DNA of 64,000 nt from the NCBI RefSeq assembly GCF_006345805.1, contig NC_043012.1:11222001-11286000 (forward strand), given 5' to 3'. Positions 11,792-24,132 of this stretch are shown here, piece after piece. Position numbers and translations under genes: made by a program. The stretch's first letter is position 1. Each line of letters opens with the position of its first letter. The notes beneath the pieces are model-generated. The model did no database searches, was not told the origin of the DNA, and saw only the letters and a list, made by a program, of their open reading frames with translations. This DNA comes from Octopus sinensis (taxonomy: Eukaryota).

Positions 11792-12667
11792 TACGAGAGT
11801 AACTGGAAATGTTCTCTGCGGGTCAAGCCCATTGTAGTTCAGGTTTCCGCCACTAGAAGCCGCTTGACGCAACTCTCAGGCCTCAGTCTGCTGACTGGCG
11901 TCGTCGAACGAAGTCGTACTGTCACCTAGTGTGCCATTGTTTTGCAGTGCTTCTCCTCTGTTCGTCGGTTTTTGCGATGGCTGAAACAAAGGAACAGCGT
12001 GCTTCCGGGAAATTCTGTTTTCAGCTGGGGAAAACGGCGATCGAAATAGTTGTCATACTTGAAACAGCTTACAAGGGCGGTTTCATGAGCGAAACAAGTT
12101 TACGAGCGGTTTGAGAATGGTCTTTAAGAAAGGTCACTTGTCGCTCTAAGAACAACCTCGTTCAGAACGACCGTCGAGCTCCCGAACGAATGAGACCATC
12201 ATGCAAATCCATGAACTGATCTTGGTGGACCGTCACCGAACAATTGACGAACCGCTGTGTCCTGCAGTTCTTACCAACGAATTTTGAGCGAGGAATCGCG
12301 AATGAAAAGGGTTGCAACAAAATTTGTGCTTCGCTTGCGCACGGAAAATCAAAAGCAGCCACAACTGAATGTGTCGTAAATTGAACGAACAGTTGGAAAT
12401 TGATCCGGACCTTTTTTTTCGAAGTTTATCACTGGTGACGAAAGCTGGTGCTACAGAATTTGCAGATGTGGAAGAGGGGAAAAAACGGCGGAGGAGTTAA
12501 ATGGCATCACTTCACAAGAGTTCCAGCATTGCTTCGAATAGTGGAAAACGCGCCTGTTCCGATGCATCTCTTCATCTGGAGAATACTTTGAAGGCGATAA
12601 AAGCATAAAGCTAAGTGAATAAATTAATATTGCAAAATTCTGGTTTCTTTTGGCTACCCCCGTCGTA
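11792..12667 (+). mobile_element. Internally deleted mariner (Tc1/mariner) element; transposase pseudogene at about 11977-12608
   Basis: MAETKEQRASGKFCFQLGKTA (HTH), PRSERPS, RVATKFVLRL, FITGDESWCY, then a jump to the C-terminal ..WKTRLFRCISSSGEYFEGD; TACGA../..TCGTA ends with eroded TIRs. Confidence 0.88.
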
Positions 12668-12943
12668 TATAATACAAGAAGAAGATAAAAATAATAAATA
12701 CAGAATTTGCAGTGGCATCCCGTCCAGTTCATCACCACCAACCATTCAAATGGAATGACTGAATAAAAAGACTTTTCCAAGTATTAACTTCTTTCATACA
12801 TTCTAAAACTACCTGGAGAAACGTGCAGCAGTAATAAAGAATACCGTGGTTCCATAAGCTGTTTCAGGGGCCCCTAAAGATTTAAATACCTCCTCTTTTT
12901 CTATCCTAACTATGGATGCAAGTAATCACAAAGAAACACATAA

Positions 12944-13612
12944 ATTAAGTACCAGTTACGCACTGGGGTCGATGTAATCGACTTAACCCGTTTGTCTGTC
13001 CTTTTTGTCCCCTCTGTGTTTAGCCCCTTGTGGGTAGTAAAGAAATAGGTATTTCGTCTGCCGTTACGTTGTGAGTTCAAATTCCGCCGAGGTCGACTTT
13101 GCCTTTCTTCCTTTCGGGGTTGATTAAATAAGTACCAATTACTCACTGGGGTCAATATAATCGACTTAATCCGTTTGTCTGTCCTTATTTGTCTTCTCTG
13201 TGTTTAGCCCCTTGTGGGTAGTAAAGAAATAGGTATTTCGTCCGTCTTCACTTACTGAGTTCAAACTTAGCCGAGGTCGACTTTACTTTTCATCCTTTCG
13301 GAGTCGATAAAATAAGTACTAGTTGAACATTGGAGTTGATGTAATCGACTTACCCTCTGCCCCGAAATTGCTGGCTCTGCGCCAAAATTTGAAATCAGTA
13401 TAGGTTTTAAGGCGGTGAGCTGGCATAATCGTTAGCGCGCCGGGCAAAATGCTCAGCGTCCTTCTGTACGTCCTGAGTTCAAATTCTGCCGCGGTCGACT
13501 TTGCCTTTTATTTTCTCAGGGTCGATAAAATAAGTACCTGTTGAGCACTGAAGTTAACGCAATCGACTTACCCCTTCCCCTCAAATTGCTGGACTTGTGC
13601 TAACATTTGAAA
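12944..13612 (+). mobile_element. Tandem cluster of SINE family B (4-5 units, two tail types)
   Basis: Repeated core and tails; head at 13409. Confidence 0.88.
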
Positions 13613-14343
13613 CCAATATTTATAATGTTTGAACTGAAAATTCGAAATATTTTTGCGATTTTGTTGAACTTCAATATTCTTCAGTTTGCTCAGATTCCAA
13701 AACTTGTTGCATCTCTTTAGCGAATACAGAAAAGTGAATCCTCAATTTATTCAAAACTGTGAAATCTTACATTAATTCCAAGGAAAATTCTCCGAAAATT
13801 AAAAAAAAATTTTTCCCAATAATCCATTCAACGCAGCTTACTTATTCTTTATCCTCAGTTTTCAATACCTTTTTAAAGCAGTAGGATTATATAAATTCAA
13901 AGAAAAAAATCAAACAGCGTTATTGAGGTACTTTGTGCGTTAAAGGAACTCGTTAATGGTATAAAAGAAGGAATTTAAAGTTTATCCTCTGCCCCCACCC
14001 AACGATCAAGACTTGCTTGACGAAATTACGTTTTGAACAGAAAGATTCCAAATTCAATTGAATAGTTATAACAGTTCTTACCAAGGCTGTTTTGTGGAAT
14101 GGATATTTCTGAATTTCTTGTAGACGGCAGAAACTGAAATATTTTAGAATCTATGACGTACAGAGACAGTTTGAAAGGATTCAATAAGTGGAACATTTAA
14201 AGAGCGGTTGTATTCTGCAATTTAACTATTTTCTGTTTCGATTATGTGTGTGTGCGTGTGTGTGTGTGTGGTGTGTGTGTGTGTGAGTGCGTGTGTACCT
14301 ATATATGTATATGTGTGTATGTGTGTGTATCAGTGTGTGGGTG

Positions 14344-14545
14344 TTCGAGGGGATGGTGAAAAGTTCCTGGCTTTGGGTAAAAGAAAATATCGCAGGATCA
14401 GTTAATTATGATTTTATTCAACATATTCCCCTCAGATTCACACACTTATTGCAGCAGTCCTTCAGTTTTTCTAAACCCTGTACAAGAACTCGGAATGTTG
14501 GCCCTTCAACCAACCCTTTCGCGATGTCCTTAAAGCTACTTTCAG
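14344..14545 (+). mobile_element. Mariner-like MITE left-end fragment
   Basis: Begins TCGAGGGGATGGTGAAAAGTTCCTGGCTT, a mariner-type TIR; no right end seen. Confidence 0.45.
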
Positions 14546-14623
14546 TAAAACCACTTTATATATATATAAGAATATAGAGGGTGGGAGAAGTGCAGTTAAA
14601 AAATACAGAGAGGGAAAGAAATG

Positions 14624-14662
<39 letters not shown>

Positions 14663-14664
<2 letters not shown>

Positions 14665-14868
14665 ATCTAAACATGAAAACACAAAGAGAAAACACAACAA
14701 CGCGAGGACGTGGAACAAGTATAGTGCTTTTGGACGCCCAGGAAAGGAAAGAAAGAAGGAGGATTTAACGTTTCGAGCGGAGCTCTTCGTCAGAAACATA
14801 GGAAGAGGAATGATCCAAGGAAGGGGAGACGGAGGGAAAAAATCGCCAACGGTACATACGCAGTCACA
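14663..14868 (-). mobile_element. Penelope-like element, family 1
   Basis: Reverse complement of the 4592-4770 and 31268-31482 repeat; abuts (TA)n on one side and a SINE A head on the other. Confidence 0.6.
14763..14797 (-). ncRNA. Minimal type I hammerhead ribozyme (family 1, intact core)
   Basis: On the - strand GTTT-CTGACGA-A-GAGC(TCC)GCTC-GAAA-CGT-T-AAAT. Confidence 0.65.
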
Positions 14869-15035
14869 GGGCGCAGGCGTGACTGTGTGGTAAGAATCCT
14901 GTTTCCAAATGGTTCCTGGTTCAGTTTCTCTGCATGGCACCTTGGACAAGTGTCTTCTACTATAGCCTCGGGCCAATTAAAGCCTTCTGAGTGGATTTGG
15001 TAGACGGGAACTGAAAGAAATTCGTCGTGTGCGTG

Positions 15036-15089
<54 letters not shown>

Positions 15090-15103
15090 TATATAATATA
15101 TAT

Positions 15104-15152
<49 letters not shown>

Positions 15153-15370
15153 TGCCTGTGTGTCTTTGTTCATGTCTCTGTCTTCTCCACCGCTTAACAA
15201 CCGGTGTTGGTGTGTTTACGTTCCCGTAACTTAGCGGTTCGGCAAAACGAAGGATAGAACAAATACCTGGCTTAAAGAAAAAGTACTAGGATCGATACCT
15301 TCGATTAAGAATTGTTCAAGGCGGTGCCCCAGCATATTTGCAATCTACTGAACTAGGTAAAAAGTAAAAG
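14869..15370 (+). mobile_element. SINE family A with expanded central (TA)n
   Basis: Head at 14869, about 100-bp TA tract, diverged tail. Confidence 0.85.
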
Positions 15371-15414
15371 TAAAAAAAAGGCATGAATGTATGTATTGCA
15401 TGCATATATTATAC

Positions 15415-15835
15415 TATTCTTTTCTGCTCTTGGTACAAGGCCCGACATTTTGGGGGAGGGTGCCAGTCGATTAGATCGACTCCAGTACGCAACTGATGCT
15501 TAATTTATCGACCCCAAAAGGATGAAAGGCAAAGCCGACCTCAGCGGAATTTGAACTCAGAACGTAGACAGACGAAATACTTGTAAGCATTTCGCCCGGC
15601 GTGCTAACGTTTCTGCCAACTCGCCGCCATTTATATATCATATATTCTTTTCTGCTCTAAGTAGAAGGCCCGAATTTTTGGGGGAGGCGGGGCCAGTCGG
15701 TTGGATCGACCCCAGTACGCAACTGATGTTTAATTTATCGAACCCGAAAGGATGAAAGGCAAAGACGACCTCGGCGGAATTTGAACTCAGAACGTAAAGT
15801 CAGGCGAGAAATACTGGTAAGCATTTCACCCGTGT
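15415..15835 (-). mobile_element. Two tandem SINE family B copies
   Basis: Reverse-complement core twice; the second is truncated at (TA)n. Confidence 0.85.
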
Positions 15836-15836
15836 G

Positions 15837-15900
<64 letters not shown>

Positions 15901-15917
15901 ATATATAATATATAAGT

Positions 15918-16298
15918 GGAGGCGCAATGGCCCAGTGGTTAGGGCAGCGGACTCGCGGTCGTAGGATCGCGGTTTCGATTCCCAGACCGGGCGTTGTGAG
16001 TGTTTATTGAGCGAAAACACCTAAAGCTCCACGAGGCTCCGGCAGGGGATGGTGGTGATCCCTGCTGTACACTTTCACCACAACTTTCTCTCACTCTTAC
16101 TTCCTGTTTCTGTTGTACCTGTATTTCAAAGGGCCGGCCTTGTCACTCTCAGTGTCACGCTGAATATCCCCGAGAACTGCGTTAAGGGTACACGTGTCTG
16201 TGGAGTGCTCAGCCACTTACACGTTAATTTCACGAGCAGGCTGTTCCGTTGATCGGATCAACCGGAACCCTCGTCGTCGTAACCGACGGAGTGCTTCC
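15918..16298 (+). mobile_element. tRNA-derived SINE family C, full length
   Basis: A-box TGGCCCAGTGG and B-box-like GGTTTCGATTCC in a tRNA-like head; tail ending CGTAACCGACGGAGTGC shared with family E. Confidence 0.9.
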
Positions 16299-16509
16299 AT
16301 AATATATAAATAGCGGCGAGTTGGCAGAAACGTTAGCACGCCGGGTGAAATGCTTACCTGTATTTCTCGCCTGACTTTACGTTCTGAGTTTAAACGTAAG
16401 CAACGTGAAACAAAGTATCTTGCTCAAGGACACAACGCGTCGCCGGGAATTGAACTCACAACCTTACGATCGCGAGCCGGATGCCCTTATATATATGTAT
16501 ATAATATAT

Positions 16510-16830
16510 GAAGGCGCTTGGCTTAGTGGTTAGGGCATCCGGCTCGCGATATTAAGGTTGTGAGTTCAAATCCCGGCGACGCGTTGTGTCCTTGAGCAAG
16601 ATACTTTATTTCACGTTGATCCAGTCCACTCAGCCCGTAAAAATGAGTAGCACCTGTATTTCAAAGAGCCAGACTTGTCACTCTCTGTGTCACGCTGAAT
16701 CTCCCTTAGAACTACGTTAAGGGTTCATGTGTCTGTGGAATATTCAACCACTTGCACGTTAATTTCACGAGCAAGCTGTTCCGTTGATCGTATCAGTTGA
16801 CACCCTCGTCGTCGTAACCGACGGAGTGCT
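16510..16830 (+). mobile_element. tRNA-derived SINE family E, full length
   Basis: Head GAAGGCGCTTGGCTTAGTGGTTAGGG..GAGTTCAAATCC; same tail as family C; relatives at 30580-30810, 30935-31245 and 34490-34560. Confidence 0.88.
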
Positions 16831-17200
16831 CCTTATATATAATATATTAGATTGACGCTATATGTATGCATGGGTGCAGACGTAAGTATATATTTCAAGT
16901 TCAATTCTAGGGCGAGATACTTTGGTTTTCTTTGGGTTGACCAATATTTTGCGAGTAAAATTTTGTAGATAGAAACTGTGGGGAAGCTTGGCTTGTGTGT
17001 CTACACATATCGACACTCATATATTATAATGTTAAAAAGTGTTATTAATCAATGTTAATAATTTATATAGCTATAAGAAGTTTACCCTATAGTCACGTGG
17101 GCTTAGGTTTGGTACCACTGAGGTCTTCTGTACGGACGAAAACTGTGGAAGACCGTCGTATATATATATATATATGAGACCAAAGTGTACGTACGCGCCG

Positions 17201-17250
<50 letters not shown>

Positions 17251-17352
17251 GTCAAGTAATGTTGGGGAAACCAAAACAGACACATAAACATATACACACA
17301 TCCCCACACACACATATATACATATATATATACATATATACATACATATATA

Positions 17353-17498
17353 CGACGGGCTTCTTTCAGTTTCCTTCTACCAAATCCACTCACAAGGCTT
17401 TGGTCGGCCCGAGGCTATAGTAGAAGACACTTGCCCAAGGTGCCACGCAGTGGGACTGAACCCGGAACCATGTGGTTGGCACAGCCACTCCTACGCCT
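17353..17498 (-). mobile_element. SINE family A, 5' half
   Basis: Near-consensus reverse complement. Confidence 0.85.
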
Positions 17499-17819
17499 AA
17501 TTATGGACAATATTTAAAGAAAAAAATCAGTGGCCATCTAAACACTTCAAAACATCACTTTATAATTTACAGGTATGCCCCGCTTCATCACTTTCAACAC
17601 GTGTAAATTATAAAGTGATGTTTCGAAGTGATTAGACGGACGTAGCGACTGAAATCTGTGTGTCCTTAATTAAAATTGTATTTTGTAATATAATATAATA
17701 TAATATATATATATATATATATTTTACATGTGCATGCGTGGGTGTTCGTTTGAGGACAATGTTGCGTGTCGATTTATGCAAGCCTGGCGTAGTTAAAATG
17801 CGTGAATGAAGGTTTACGA

Positions 17820-19325
17820 TGGAGAGAGAGAGAAAGAGAGGAGGGAAACAATAAGAAGAAAGAAAGAGATACAGAGAAAGAGAGAGGAGGAGAGGGGGAG
17901 GGAGAGAGAGTGGCAGAAAGATGTATGAATGGCAACAGTGTTTTACAACAACAGGTTCTCTTATCATCAGCTGAAGCTTAATAAGACTCCTTGCAAATAG
18001 ACAGCAAACAGCTAGTAGCCGCATCTTTCTTTCTCTCTCTCTCTGCCCCTTCTATCTTTTTCTTGCTTTTCCCTTCTCTCTCTCTCTTTTCTCCCTCCCC
18101 TTCCCGTTCTCCTTCTCGTTATCTCTCAATCTCCCTCCCTCTTGTATTTCATTCAATCTATAATCCCCCTCCCTCTGTTACATCTCTCTCTTATAATTTA
18201 CTGTTTCTTTGTCTCTCTCTTTCCTTTCTTTCTATCTTTATTTCACTCTCTATCTCCTCAACTTTTTCCCTCTTATTCCTTCTCTTTCTCTTTCTCTGCC
18301 GTACCTCCAGTTCTCCCCTGTATCTTATACTCTCACCCCTCCTCTCTCTGTTATCCCTTTTCTTCTCCCTCACACCTTTTACTCCCTATCAACTTCTTCC
18401 TTTCTACCCCTCCCTCCTCCCTTTCTCTTTTCATTCCTCCCCCATCTCTCTCTTTCTCTCCCTCCTTTCTTAAACCTCTGGGTGCTCGATCGACCCCTGC
18501 TAGAAATAACCACCAAATCTCCCTCAAATCACACATCTTTCCATTTAAAACACATGCAAGACACATTGGCTGATAGTGTACTCTTAGCTCTATAAAAGAA
18601 GGAATGGTCATAAATGGAACGTCTTTGATCAGGAAGGCAGTCGATTAGTTCAAGCAATCTTCTCCCCTACCTTCCCTCTCTCCGCCTCTCTTCTACCCTC
18701 TCACTGCATCTACCGATCTAATCCCTCTTCCTCTTTCTCTATTTCTCTCTTACTCTGTTTTCTTCTCTCTCTCTCTCCTCACACATACATATATCTCCTT
18801 CCCCCCCCATGCCATCACGTTCTGTGTAATCTTGCGTGTCTCTTACCGCGCTTACTCTCTTTCTCCCTCTCTCTTGTCAGTCACTTCCCCCTTCCCTTAA
18901 GCATATCTCCTCTCCCTCTTACTCCTTCCTACTCGCTCTGTTTCACCTTGCTTTTTCTATCTCCCCCTTCACCACATACGTATGGTTGTGTGAGTGTGTG
19001 TGTGAGAGAGAGAGTTAGTATCCCCCCTCTCTGTCACGAAAGAACTTCCCTTCCCTTTTCCCCTTTCTCTCTCTCTCACTCTCTGTCTTTCGCAGGTCAC
19101 CTCCCTTACCCCATTTTTTTTCAGCTTTTTCCCCTCTTTCACTGTTGTCTTATATCTCTTTCTCACCCTCTTTCACACACACACACACACTCTTTCTCTA
19201 CTCTCCCTCCCTGCTTCTCTCTCTTCTCTCCCTCCCTGCCTCTCTCTCTTCTCCCGTTCAGCCTCTCTCTCTCTCTCGTTCTCTCCCCCCTCCCTCTCTC
19301 TCTCTCTGTCCATGTCTCTATCAAA
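17820..19325. repeat. Purine tract (17820-17930) followed by long pyrimidine tracts (18025-19325)
   Basis: Direct reading; explains the S/L/F/P-rich pseudo-ORFs. Confidence 0.9.
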
Positions 19326-19329
19326 CCTG

Positions 19330-19687
19330 CCTAACAACACCATGAGGCGCTAAACAACGGATGGCAACGAAAGCGAATCAAATATTTTTATCTGTTGCTC
19401 TTCTCTCTTTCGACACTTGCTCGAAAACTATCGAAATAACAACACGGATATATACACTGTCTGTCTGTCTGTCTATTATTCTATCCATCTCGACTTTATT
19501 CCACCGAGGAACAACAGCCGTCCTTTAAAAAAGAAAAAAAATAATACTTATAACATATAATTGAAACAATTACTATTATTATAACTATTATTAGTATTAT
19601 TATTATTATCATTTATCAATTGGAGGAGTTTGGTTTCGGTGTTATCGCCTTCCATTCATAGAAATCGCAGAATTCTCTCCATCCAAC
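19330..19687 (+). other. Candidate 5' (probably non-coding) exon
   Basis: Unique CpG-retaining sequence ending at a consensus donor AAC|GTAAGT (19688); start undefined. Confidence 0.25.
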
Positions 19688-19773
19688 GTAAGTCAACTTT
19701 GGATCCAAACTAAAAAGATTTCATTTTGAAGTTTTCTTTATTTCTTTTAACAAAAAAATTTTCTTTTAACACA

Positions 19774-19804
<31 letters not shown>

Positions 19805-21607
19805 GTATTGTTTCGAAGTTCGACCTTACACAGGAAAAAAAAACAACCCAAACAAACAAACAAACAAACCCGTTGACCGGCAAGCGATAGATACCTGGTT
19901 CGCTTCCCGTGTTCGGATCTGTTGGTGTGTGTGTGTGTGTGGTGTGTTTTTTTCTCTTGTTGTAAATCGATGCCCCAGCATGGCCGCAGTCTAATGACTG
20001 AAATAAGATAAGAGATGTGTGTGTGTGTGTGTGTGAAATAAAGTTCTTGAGTTTTTGACAACAAGTGTGAGAAAAACATTTAATGTTCCCCGGTCCGAAG
20101 AAATATTTTTAATAGTTGTTAAAGGGTCACAAAGGCAAGTTAATATCTAACATTGGACCCAGGGTCACAAGAAGGTGACATCGGCATTAGATGAGAATGG
20201 ATTTCTAAAATCAAGAATTACGTTAGCTTCGTAACTCGTTTTTAATTGATTTCATTAGCAATCAAAGACGTTATCCCAAAATTCGTTAAACTTTATAAAT
20301 CTTAATTTTTAAATGTAATTTAACTTTGCCGAAAAACAACTTTATTTATTTATTTATTTGGTTATTCCAACCTAAAAACTGTTTCGATTCTTGCAGAATC
20401 TACGGAGTTTGTTGTCAAAATCTTAACCGTTTACGTATTTCATTCATCTCAGCTGTTCTGTCATTCCCAGACGGGCGGAGGTTCAAAGAAGACAATAGCA
20501 TTTATTATATAATGATATTGCCTATCTACGTGTGTGTGTGTGTCTGTGTGTGTGTGTGAATTCACCCTTTTTTTCAACTTCGTTCTATTTCAATTTTTTT
20601 TCTCCCCAACATTTTGTTTGAATAACGTATTTATTGCTATTATTGTTACTGTTTATTATTGTTAACTTTCTTATTTGTGCTTTGTCATCTTTACACATTG
20701 TACAGCGTCGAAAATCTGTTGAAATACGGATCAATATTATTTTTTTATTGACAGGTAAACATACACACACACACACCAGACACTTTAGAACTTTTAAGTG
20801 CAGGATTTATTTACAGAACAAATATATAAATAACAGCTCAAAACAATAACAAAAGCATTTACCAAAGTTGTTACTCACACACACCTGAATATTCATTTCG
20901 TGTTTATCTAATTGTTTAACCCAGCTCTGATCGACTAGACATTACAAAGACACTCTAGTCGTGACCCTCCCATATTTTTTTTTATCACCCATTTATATCA
21001 TCGCTACATTATCCAACGCGCCTTAATGTAGAGTATGTTTAAGGGAAATTGGGCTGCTATTTCTGGCAGTACGGGGCAGCAAACACAAGCCGGTTATAAT
21101 CTATATTTAATCTACATATAAGAGGTTTAGTTAATCTACATGTTAGCTTAGGATTAGCGAAATCGATCGAGCGTCATTGGACTCAATAACTTGATGGAGT
21201 ATTGTCTTGTGGCTGAGTTCAAAACCTGCTGAGGTCGCCTTAACATTCTATCCATTCGAGGAGCGAAGGTCGATGTCCCTCAAACGCCTGTCTTATTCAG
21301 ATATTAAAATACATAAACAGTTCTCCAGGTACTGAGTTCAAATCGCTCCTGGATACCAACATTGTTTTTCACATTTACCAAGATCGACCAGACGGTCACG
21401 ACTGGAACGCCTTTTGTTTATAAGTTTGCTGGATCAGGGCTGACCCAGGGTTAACCATATCACATACTCAGATAAATTGTTGCCGAGAATTAGAAAATCT
21501 GCCTACCAGAGGCAACTTCCATAAATTGTTGTTGACTAAAGTATAAGGTAAAATATAATATATACACCCAACGTCTGCGTATATATTATGCACACCATAT
21601 AAAAACA

Positions 21608-21683
21608 TTATTTACATTCGACGGATATTTGTCCTCATCTTGAACAAACAAGATGAGGACAAATATCCGTCGAATGTAAATAA
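21608..21683. repeat. Perfect 35-bp inverted repeat with a 6-nt loop
   Basis: TTATTTACATTCGACGGATATTTGTCCTCATCTTG-aacaaa-exact reverse complement. Confidence 0.95.
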
Positions 21684-21799
21684 CGTAAATAATGTACACA
21701 ATTCCTCATCTCTTAAACATAGAACTGTATAAAAACATGTTTCTGCACTGGAACAGAATAAAGGATCGCTTTTGTTTGTGTGTGTATTCTCTTATTCTT

Positions 21800-22040
21800 T
21801 TCCTTGTTTCAGTCATTTGACTGTGGCCATGCTGGAGCACCTACCTTGAAGGGTTATTTTAGTTGAAGAAATCGAACCTAGGACTTATTCTTCGTAAGCC
21901 TTAGTACTTGTTCTATCAGAACGTTAACACACCAACATCGGTTGTCATGCGATGGTGGTAGTGGTGTGTGTGTGTGTGTGTGGGTTGGGGGGGGACAAAT
22001 ACAGACACATAGACACATACGCATTATACAACACACACAC

Positions 22041-22082
<42 letters not shown>

Positions 22083-22166
22083 TTAATCAATAAAGGTATT
22101 TTTTAATATGCTGGCCATTGATAAATTTTTTTTCGAAAAACTTTATCCTACCTTAGATGTGTGTAT

Positions 22167-22200
<34 letters not shown>

Positions 22201-22262
22201 CCACGATGGGCTTCTTTCAGTTTCTGTCTAATAAATTAACTCACAAGGTTTTGGCCGGCCCA
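21800..22262 (-). mobile_element. SINE family A, truncated and interrupted
   Basis: Tail half at 21800-22040, 5' part at 22203-22262. Confidence 0.75.
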
Positions 22263-22350
22263 AGGGTACACACGCACACACACTCTCACACACACACAAA
22301 CGCGTACATAGACAGGTGCACACAATCAGTTGTCTGTTTCACCTGTTAAG

Positions 22351-22386
22351 TCTGTCAAAACAGGAGCTCTATAATTTGTTTTTAAG
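22351..22386 (+). CDS. Candidate 36-nt exon (xLSKQELYNLFLx, phase 2-2)
   Basis: tctgtttcacctgttaag| ... AAG|gtatgt; only one frame open. No flanking exon confirmed. Confidence 0.2.
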
Positions 22387-22873
22387 GTATGTAAGGGTCA
22401 TCTCAACTTGTAAAAGTGACAGGATGTGTGTGTGTGTGGATGGTGACGGTAGTTAAAAGGTATTTCACTTTCCGTTCCATATGCTTTAGTGCATGTACAC
22501 CTGCATACACACATGCATGTGTGTTCATACGTACACGTGTGTGTGTGTGTGTGTAAACATACATACATAAATGTGAATATGAACTGAAGAAAAAAAGACT
22601 CGCTAGGAGACATGTTATTATTAATAACCTGTTGATAGTGACTTCGAAGTTGTGTCTAACTGTCAATTAACGGTAGACCTTTGTGGTTACTGTCAATAAT
22701 AGTAGTTTTAATAATAATAATAATAATAATAATAATGATAAAATTCATTTATATATACGCATACACGCACACATACATACGCGCGCATTAATCCGTACAC
22801 ACTGGTATACATATATAGATGCATAGACACATGGATATACACACATCCATCCATCCATCCATCTCTCTCTCTC

Positions 22874-23008
<135 letters not shown>

Positions 23009-23127
23009 CGTGTATGTAATGTATTTTTTAAAAAATTCCTCCAATAAAGAAAAAGCCGGTTTTGAAATAAAGACTTGTGCTTCCTCGTTAAAAGATTATG
23101 GTGTCTTATACATATATACATACATAC

Positions 23128-23179
<52 letters not shown>

Positions 23180-24080
23180 AATATATATGATATATATATA
23201 TAAAATGTGTGTGTGTGGAATACATGTTTACATATAAGTGTGTGTGTTTGGGACACGACATTGTCCTACCCCAACATAATTTACACCCTATCGTCTTGGC
23301 TTGTTTTAACCATCAAACAAAAGTCGTGTTATCATTTTTTTGTTTTTTTCGCCTGACTTCCTTTTTCCTTTACTTCAAAGATTGCCTCTCTCTCTCTCTC
23401 CTTCTCTCCCCTCCACCTTTACATACCTTATTTACTGTTCCGTCATCACACCTAGACACAACTTAAGATGTCTGGTCTTAACCCCCAACTCTTACTTTTT
23501 TTTTCCTTTTCTCAAATATTTTTATCTTAAGCCGAGAGGTAAAGTTCATAAAAAGACTCTTCTTTTTCTCAGATAAACAAGTCAAGCGGAAACTGTTAAT
23601 GTTGTTCCTGGGTCAGTTGGCACATGTCGAACAGATCAAAGGTATTCCAGCCGTGATCATCCCGCCTTTTCCCCAGACACAGTATATCTACAACTAAATT
23701 ATTCAAAATGTCAATAAGTTTAGTAAATGAAATTATGTCCTTGGCTGTGTATTTGATTTAAACTCAGAACTAAATTTCACAACCCTCAACCACTTCACCG
23801 CACCCCACAACACTAATTGATTCTTACTTCGAGTACAAAGCCAGCAATTATGAGGGGAGGGGCAAACAGGTACATCGACTCAGGTACCTAACTGAGGTAC
23901 TTTATTTTATCGAGCCAGAAATTATGAAAGGTAAAGCTGACCTCGGTGAGATTTGAACCCAGGAGCGCAAAGCGTCTGTTCCACTGCTTTGCACCTTGGG
24001 CAAATATCTTTTACTATAGCCTCGGGTCGACCAAAGCCTTGTAACTGGATTTGGTAGCGGGAAACAGAAAGAAGCCCGTC

Positions 24081-24132
<52 letters not shown>

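Noticed and set aside
15918-15995. Functional tRNA gene
   Set aside because: The tRNA-like head continues into a SINE body and tail found in several copies; no clean cloverleaf or poly-T terminator.
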